DNA of 51,179 bases from Succinivibrio sp. (GTDB lineage: Bacteria > Pseudomonadota > Gammaproteobacteria > Enterobacterales > Succinivibrionaceae). Position numbers and translations under genes: made by a program. Position 1 is the stretch's first letter; the number at the start of each line of letters is the position of its first letter. Shown here one piece after another: positions 45,924 to 51,179 of this stretch. The notes below the pieces were generated by a model. That model was given only the letters and a program-made list of their open reading frames with translations. It did no database searches and was not told the origin of the DNA. The DNA is taken from contig JAZRAY010000121.1 of assembly GCA_045634805.1 (NCBI GenBank), positions 1 through 51,179 of the forward strand. The letters are read 5' to 3'.

Positions 45924-46583
45924 ATGACTGAAGAATTTCACATTGACGCAACGATTCAATCTCAGTACGCAGCTTCTCCACATTTAAGGGCTCTCGTAGA
46001 AGCCTTTTGGGAAGCTATGAATCCTGAGGCTGATATAAAACAGATCTACGACAAAATGGTGAATCTCGACACTGCTGTAGGTTTTGGCTTGGACGTATGG
46101 GGACGAATTGTTGCAATCGGAAGGGAATATATTTCTATCGACGAAGACGAAAAATATTTCGGATTTGAACCTCTCGAAGGAGTGGAGAACGAGCGTCTAG
46201 ATACATTCGACAACGCTCCTTTTTATGTAGAAGTAAACGGAAAAGTCAGACTTACCGATGAAGCCTACCGCACATATATCCTAATTAAAGCAATGATCAA
46301 TATCGGAGACTCAACGCTTGCAAGTATAAACAGAATGATGGCTACCTTATTCCCTGAGGTTGACATCTGTTGTATTCACGTTGACACGATGGTCCTCCGA
46401 ATAGTTATTGAAAGTGAAATTTCTGAAGCTGACAAAGCAGCATTATTAAAACTTCCATGGCTTCCTGCCGGAGTTAATCTCGAACTTTATCAGGTTGAAA
46501 CTCCAACCTTTGGTTTTGACGGTTCCGGGCTTCACCCTTTCGATTGTGGAACCTTTGCTACTTACGACATTATCAATCTATAA
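45924..46583 (+). CDS. baseplate protein (DUF2612-type)
   Basis: SQYAASP, DTAVGFGLDVWGRIV, LTDEAYR, PAGV. Confidence 0.8.
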   Translation: MTEEFHIDATIQSQYAASPHLRALVEAFWEAMNPEADIKQIYDKMVNLDTAVGFGLDVWGRIVAIGREYISIDEDEKYFGFEPLEGVENERLDTFDNAPFYVEVNGKVRLTDEAYRTYILIKAMINIGDSTLASINRMMATLFPEVDICCIHVDTMVLRIVIESEISEADKAALLKLPWLPAGVNLELYQVETPTFGFDGSGLHPFDCGTFATYDIINL

Positions 46584-46606
46584 AAACAGATTAGAGGATC
46601 AAACAA

Positions 46607-47974
46607 ATGGCTGTATTCAATGAACCTACCCAGTGGGATCACCCACTTGGAAACAATGCAGAAGTGAATGATATTCCTGATGATACCAGCGCAGGCTCAG
46701 GTGACGCTTCTCTTCAGAAACTATTTCAGGTAATCAATCAGACTCCATTAAAAGCTGGCGGTAAAGCTCCAAAGCGTAAAGATATTAATGCCTTATTCAA
46801 GATTCTAGGCGATTATATCTACTACTCTATGAACGGTGGTGTACCAGCTTATAACAACACTTATGATTATGTTGTCGGACGTTTAGTTTTATTTACTGAC
46901 GGTAACATTTACAAATGTATTCAGGCGAATGGAGCTTCTAGCACTGTTGTCACACCTGATAGCACTGCTCCTAATCCTGAAGGTTCAGATTACTGGAAAC
47001 GTATTGACGAACCAAGTGCAGCTCTAATCCCAAATCAATTAGTGATTTCACCTACTCCACTAACTGACGCTAATCTGCATCTGTTAGACGGTGCTCTATT
47101 AGGCGGTTCAGGTGTTTATGCTGATTATGTCACCATGATGGCGGATCTATACAATGATGATCCTACTGCAAATATATGGACTGATGAGGCAACATGGCAA
47201 GCAAGCGTTACAAATACGGGTTCATGTGGTAAGTTTGTTTATGATTCCGTAAATAACACTTTACGTTTGCCAAAATATGATGCACGTTATCTAAAATCAA
47301 CTCTTTCAGCAAGTGATCTTGGTGATTTAGTTGAAGCTGCAGCACCTAATATTAAAGGTGTTTTCTCAATTAAATCAAATTGCCAATTTGTTGGTGCTGA
47401 AACTGGGGCTTTTTATGTAAATAACCCTGGAGCTGTAGAAAGTCAAGAACTGGTTACTGCGCAATCAACTTATAATTATGCAATGAATCTTACTAATTTT
47501 GACGCTAATAGGTCAAATCCTATCTATAAAGATTCAGCTACAACAATTGATACAGATGCAGTTAAGGTCTATTACTATATTGTTCTAGGAACAGTAACCA
47601 AAACTCAGATACAGATTGATATTGATAACGTCTTGACTGACCTTGCTAATAAGGCTGATAAGGATTTCAGCAACGTATCTGCACCCGTTCAGGCTTTTAA
47701 GAATATGTCAATTGGTTGGGTAGTGCCTGACTATACTGCTGGTATATCTATTTCTTCAGGCTTTACCGCACCGTCAATTGGATTTATTGCATTTCTTCCT
47801 TTTGATAATTCAGGAAATATCTATATTAATGGGATTGATGTTATGTATTTTTCGGATGTTGGTGCAGGTGGTAATGGTCAAACAGGATATTTACTGGTTG
47901 ATAAAAATGATGTTTTTACTGCTACTGGAGATTGGTCTTACTTTAAATTTTATCCATGCAAAGGAGTAAATTAA
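46607..47974 (+). CDS. tail fiber / receptor-binding protein
   Basis: Follows the baseplate genes; GGKAP N-terminus, APNIKG...FDANRSNPIY collar-like segment, AT-richer C-terminal tip. Confidence 0.8.
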   Translation: MAVFNEPTQWDHPLGNNAEVNDIPDDTSAGSGDASLQKLFQVINQTPLKAGGKAPKRKDINALFKILGDYIYYSMNGGVPAYNNTYDYVVGRLVLFTDGNIYKCIQANGASSTVVTPDSTAPNPEGSDYWKRIDEPSAALIPNQLVISPTPLTDANLHLLDGALLGGSGVYADYVTMMADLYNDDPTANIWTDEATWQASVTNTGSCGKFVYDSVNNTLRLPKYDARYLKSTLSASDLGDLVEAAAPNIKGVFSIKSNCQFVGAETGAFYVNNPGAVESQELVTAQSTYNYAMNLTNFDANRSNPIYKDSATTIDTDAVKVYYYIVLGTVTKTQIQIDIDNVLTDLANKADKDFSNVSAPVQAFKNMSIGWVVPDYTAGISISSGFTAPSIGFIAFLPFDNSGNIYINGIDVMYFSDVGAGGNGQTGYLLVDKNDVFTATGDWSYFKFYPCKGVN

Positions 47975-47976
47975 TT

Positions 47977-48501
47977 ATGTATAAATACGTAAAATTTAAC
48001 GAAGATACAGGCTTATGCACTGAAGTAGGCGAGGGTACAAATACCGAGTTCTACAAATCCATTGGCATGGTAAGAAAAGACGTTGAACAATCAGAGATTG
48101 ACGGGTGCTGGTACTTAAAAGCTAAATGTCCTCACTATACTGACGAGGAGAAAGCAGAGCTTGAACAGATTGAAACTGATAAACAATCACAATTAGATTT
48201 GCAATCTCAGTTATCAATGGTCAAAGCTGATATTGAGACAGCTACCATATTAGAAAATGAGGATTGGCTCAAAGAGTTAAAAGCTGCATACAGTAAGCTA
48301 ATTAACAACAGCGGAAAGACCCCTTACGTTTACACCCGCACTCGTTGCTCTTACTGCGGTTCTGATAAGCTGACCGAAAAATATGAGCAAAGCTGGTGTA
48401 AAAACTGCGAGGCTGGCAAGCTTGATCTTAAACTCTACGAAGAAACTCATGAAGTCGACGAAGAAACTAAAGACGAGGACGAAGAAGTTAACGAGAAGTA
48501 G
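47977..48501 (+). CDS. putative tail fiber assembly protein with C-terminal zinc ribbon
   Basis: GGAG SD; DVEQSEIDGCWYLKAKCP; CSYC...CKNC. Confidence 0.55.
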   Translation: MYKYVKFNEDTGLCTEVGEGTNTEFYKSIGMVRKDVEQSEIDGCWYLKAKCPHYTDEEKAELEQIETDKQSQLDLQSQLSMVKADIETATILENEDWLKELKAAYSKLINNSGKTPYVYTRTRCSYCGSDKLTEKYEQSWCKNCEAGKLDLKLYEETHEVDEETKDEDEEVNEK

Positions 48502-48519
48502 AACCTAATTTCTAAAGAA

Positions 48520-48554
48520 ATTCCCTCACGTAAAAGTGAGGGATAATTTTTTTT
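48520..48554 (+). terminator. late operon terminator
   Basis: TCCCTCAC-GTAAAA-GTGAGGGA followed by a T run. Confidence 0.75.
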
Positions 48555-48768
48555 GTTTTTAGCGTATTAAAACGGATTTTCTGTTTTATTCGACAGTTTT
48601 TCGTCCAATAAACCCAAATTAAGCACTTTATAACGGAAAAATACCGTTTATCTTTTGATTTGTGTCAATTTGCGCTATATGAACGTTTTCCTGATGTTTC
48701 TATACAGAACTACTTTAAAAGCATTTATCGCGCTCTATGGCTCGTTATATTGCAAATATGACGGTATC

Positions 48769-49020
48769 TCATATATCAGAGAATATCTGTCCCTGCATGT
48801 CAGTAGGTTCTGTATGATAATCTCTGCATAATCCAGACATTTCTTCCTCTGAATCTATCTCAGTCATTGGGTTATCATCGTCGAAAACAGTGTCATAGAC
48901 TTTGTCACCAATCACTCTAAAATAGTGACGTATTCCCTTCATATCACAGAGCTTATTGATATATTCAGCCATTCCGACAAGGTCAAGCTTCTTAAAATCT
49001 GCATATTTAAGCAATTCCAT
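48769..49020 (-). CDS. hypothetical protein
   Basis: GGAGGG SD, 83 aa. Confidence 0.7.
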   Translation of the reverse strand: MELLKYADFKKLDLVGMAEYINKLCDMKGIRHYFRVIGDKVYDTVFDDDNPMTEIDSEEEMSGLCRDYHTEPTDMQGQIFSDI

Positions 49021-49031
49021 AAGAGCCCTCC

Positions 49032-49388
49032 TTACTTTGAGAGTATCATTCTCTGAACTGTTTCATTCTCAAGACGGTTGCGTTCTAAATTCGTTAGCAT
49101 GGACCAATTATCGACATCCATTTCGTTTATCTCGTCACCATTGTCACATGCAATCAACCAGACACTCCATGAGCGCGCCCATCCAATATTCTGAATAAAT
49201 GAATTTCCTCTTATGCGATTGAGTTCTAGCTTGATATTGGTAGTAAGCTCAATATGTCTGATACGTTCCCCATCCTGAAAGAGATCTAAATGAGTATCTG
49301 TAATTTCAAAGGTCTTGCCGTCGAAAGCTTCAGTACATTTCATGAAGTAATTCTCGCGGGAGGTCCTAAGTTTTAGAATCTTATTCAT
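49032..49388 (-). CDS. hypothetical protein
   Basis: Coupled downstream of the HicB-like gene. Confidence 0.7.
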   Translation of the reverse strand: MNKILKLRTSRENYFMKCTEAFDGKTFEITDTHLDLFQDGERIRHIELTTNIKLELNRIRGNSFIQNIGWARSWSVWLIACDNGDEINEMDVDNWSMLTNLERNRLENETVQRMILSK

Positions 49389-49391
49389 ACG

Positions 49392-49826
49392 TTATCCCTC
49401 GCTTTTAACTAAGCTGACATTGATGTCATATCCCAATACTTCCAAAGCTTCCTCAAACTTCTCAACGGAGACATTATCAGTAATGAAGAACTGATTCATA
49501 TAGGCTCTTGAGATACCTAATTTTTCAGCTAATTGAGTCTGAGATACATGCTTGTCTAACATGGCATTCCACAGAAGAATTCTCAGCTGTAATTTAATTG
49601 GAATCTTAAAGCCATATTCACCGTCCTTAAGGTTAGGAAGGGGAATAGGCTGTTTCTTCTTTCTATATTTAAGCTCAATTGCTCCTGCAAAACCTTCCAT
49701 GAAAGCCTGACAAGCCATTTCTTCTGTTTCCTGAGGATTGGTCTCGATATCTACATCAGGAATATAAGCGATATAACCTTCATCGGTTTTCTTGATTTCA
49801 AATACGTATATCATATAATTCTCCAT
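49392..49826 (-). CDS. HicB-like antitoxin with C-terminal HTH
   Basis: GYIAYIPDV...TEEMA...PIPLP N-domain; VSQTQLAEKLGISRAYMNQ HTH. Confidence 0.75.
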   Translation of the reverse strand: MENYMIYVFEIKKTDEGYIAYIPDVDIETNPQETEEMACQAFMEGFAGAIELKYRKKKQPIPLPNLKDGEYGFKIPIKLQLRILLWNAMLDKHVSQTQLAEKLGISRAYMNQFFITDNVSVEKFEEALEVLGYDINVSLVKSEG

Positions 49827-49879
49827 AGGGTGATAAGTGTGTCGAAGAACCGCCCCTCCTAGAGGCGGTGTGGTTTAGG

Positions 49880-50011
49880 TTATCGGGATTTCTTTCTGCG
49901 GTGACCCTTGGTCCGCTCTTGCTTATGAGGTTCAAGTTCCAGTTCCATCTCAACCACGATCAGGTTAACTTTTACTTTTACCTTTTTAAGCTTCAGTGTT
50001 TTCTTCAACAC
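49880..50011 (-). CDS. 43-aa basic peptide leading the moron
   Basis: SD AAAGGAGGTGA then GTG; MLKKTLKLKKVKVKVNLIVVEMELELEPHKQERTKGHRRKKSR. Confidence 0.65.
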   Translation of the reverse strand: MLKKTLKLKKVKVKVNLIVVEMELELEPHKQERTKGHRRKKSR

Positions 50012-50037
50012 CTCTTATCACCTCCTTTCTTATTCTA

Positions 50038-50065
50038 ATTATAGTATATTTCTAAACAATGTAAA
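50038..50065 (-). promoter_or_regulatory. sigma70 promoter of the HicB-like moron
   Basis: TTTACA-16 bp-TATAAT; palindrome TATACA-AA-TGTATA at 50075-50088 just upstream. Confidence 0.7.
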
Positions 50066-50109
50066 GTATTTTTATATACAAATGTATAAAAAAGGGGATA
50101 TTTAAAGAC

Positions 50110-50132
50110 AAAAAAAACAGCATTTAAGCTGC
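50110..50132 (-). terminator. terminator ending the leftward mini-gene array
   Basis: GCAGC-TTAAAT-GCTGT followed by a U-tract on the minus strand. Confidence 0.65.
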
Positions 50133-50171
50133 TTAACTGGAGAAAAGAGGAATAGAATTATTCATTTCTCT

Positions 50172-50324
50172 TTAAATTAAATACATCACAATGTCTTTGT
50201 AGATAGGCTTAAAATGCCATAGTCCCTGATGTAAGCTGTCTCTCAATTTCCATGCATTTCTTCTGTGCTGAACGGTGAGATATAACATGTATGCGCTAGT
50301 GTATTTTCTATACTTCCGTTTCAT
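50172..50324 (-). CDS. MKxKY-family small protein (50 aa)
   Basis: MKRKYRKYTSAYMLYLTVQH...; 40/50 aa identical to 50775..50927. Confidence 0.75.
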   Translation of the reverse strand: MKRKYRKYTSAYMLYLTVQHRRNAWKLRDSLHQGLWHFKPIYKDIVMYLI

Positions 50325-50593
50325 AAAACGTTGCTCCAATATTCTTCTCTTAATTCTTGGTATTGTATTTCCATATCTTCAGATATATCAATATACCCTT
50401 TGCGAGCATTGTGCGCCATTTGATTTGCAATTCTGGCATCTCTTTGAATATCACAAAAATGTTTTGAATATCTTTGTAAACTTATCCTCTTCTGGCAAAG
50501 AGCTAATTGAAAACCAGGTGAGCTATAGTCAGGAACTCCCCACTTTGCACAGCTTCTAATATATCTATCCCATCTCCTATACTTCTGTTTCAT
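50321..50593 (-). CDS. MKxKY-family small protein
   Basis: MKQKYRRWDRY start; ATGA-coupled. Confidence 0.7.
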   Translation of the reverse strand: MKQKYRRWDRYIRSCAKWGVPDYSSPGFQLALCQKRISLQRYSKHFCDIQRDARIANQMAHNARKGYIDISEDMEIQYQELREEYWSNVL

Positions 50594-50772
50594 TTTTTAG
50601 ATTCCAGTAACATTTTTAATAGGTCATTACTTAGTTTTAATTCTTTATAATTTTCTTTTATATAAAGATAATCTCTTTTCCAAACACCTTTACCGATCTT
50701 GTATTTGGTAACATGTATCATATTTAAATAAAACATATAAAGGTTTGTGAATTTTTTATATTTCCGTTTCAT
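50590..50772 (-). CDS. MKxKY-family small protein
   Basis: Near-copy of 1..140. Confidence 0.75.
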   Translation of the reverse strand: MKRKYKKFTNLYMFYLNMIHVTKYKIGKGVWKRDYLYIKENYKELKLSNDLLKMLLESKK

Positions 50773-50774
50773 AT

Positions 50775-50927
50775 TTAAATTAAATACTTCGCAATGTCTT
50801 TGTGAATAGGTTTAAAACGCCATAAACCTAAATATAAGCTATCTCTTAACTTCCATGCAGTTTTACGGTGTTGAACGGTGAGATATAACATGTATGCGCC
50901 AGTGTACTTTCTGTATTTAGCTTTCAT
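50775..50927 (-). CDS. MKxKY-family small protein (50 aa)
   Basis: MKAKYRKYTGAYMLYLTVQH...; GGAG SD. Confidence 0.75.
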   Translation of the reverse strand: MKAKYRKYTGAYMLYLTVQHRKTAWKLRDSLYLGLWRFKPIHKDIAKYLI

Positions 50928-50939
50928 TCTCCTGCCTTT

Positions 50940-51158
50940 CTATGTTTTGTCATTGCTATACTCTAAGAAAAACTCAGGAAAAGAAAATCTTAAGTCAATA
51001 CTATTTACTTTGTAATTTAAATATACTGATTTATTATCAATTAAATCTTTTATAGTAGCCGTTCTAGTCTGTTCGTAAAAACCATTTTTACCAATATTTA
51101 GGCATACACGGGTATCATCATCATACCCTTTTAAAAAATCTTTTAATGTCTTTTTCAT
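50940..51158 (-). CDS. hypothetical protein, paralog of 1715..1972
   Basis: LKDFLK...RVCL motif; GGAGTTAAAGAATG start context. Confidence 0.75.
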   Translation of the reverse strand: MKKTLKDFLKGYDDDTRVCLNIGKNGFYEQTRTATIKDLIDNKSVYLNYKVNSIDLRFSFPEFFLEYSNDKT

Positions 51159-51179
51159 TCTTTAACTCCAAAAGGTTGC

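Noticed and set aside
46607-48501. Invertible tail-fiber cassette
   Set aside because: No invertase, no inverted alternative tip gene and no flanking inverted repeats seen.
50172-50927. Diversity-generating retroelement TR/VR pair
   Set aside because: Differences are not adenine-specific and no reverse transcriptase is present.

Overview
The window is an essentially complete, circularly permuted ~51 kb temperate phage genome in excised form. A putative attP with arm repeats is intact at ~19.9-20.2 kb. The head-tail module is that of a contractile-tailed (myovirus) phage. Holin, endolysin and embedded Rz/Rz1 spanins indicate a Gram-negative host, and the Q/pR' layout suggests a gammaproteobacterium. 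Gene order: leftward early operon (YqaJ exonuclease, annealase, excisionase-like HTH, then a long array of tiny coupled genes that resumes at the right end of the window and stops at a terminator near 50.1 kb); cI/cro switch; O-like initiator with iterons, loader and DnaB; accessory region (nuclease, C5 methyltransferase, double GT2, ssb, Q); attP-integrase; pR'-lysis; GT2/Stealth/ParB/methyltransferase; terminase, head, tail and baseplate; a HicB-like moron. Standout observations: (1) the only long G/C homopolymers I found are three G8-TAR tracts, all in DNA-modification-linked genes, one currently frameshifted OFF, suggesting phase-variable DNA modification; (2) a tRNA-shaped RNA whose anticodon arm carries a 72-nt insert, inside a highly structured 640-nt non-coding block between endolysin and spanin; (3) three related GT2 domains plus a Stealth-like protein next to the methyltransferases; (4) a cassette-like array of paralogous mini-genes with conserved junctions. 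All calls come from reading motifs by eye; no database searches were run.
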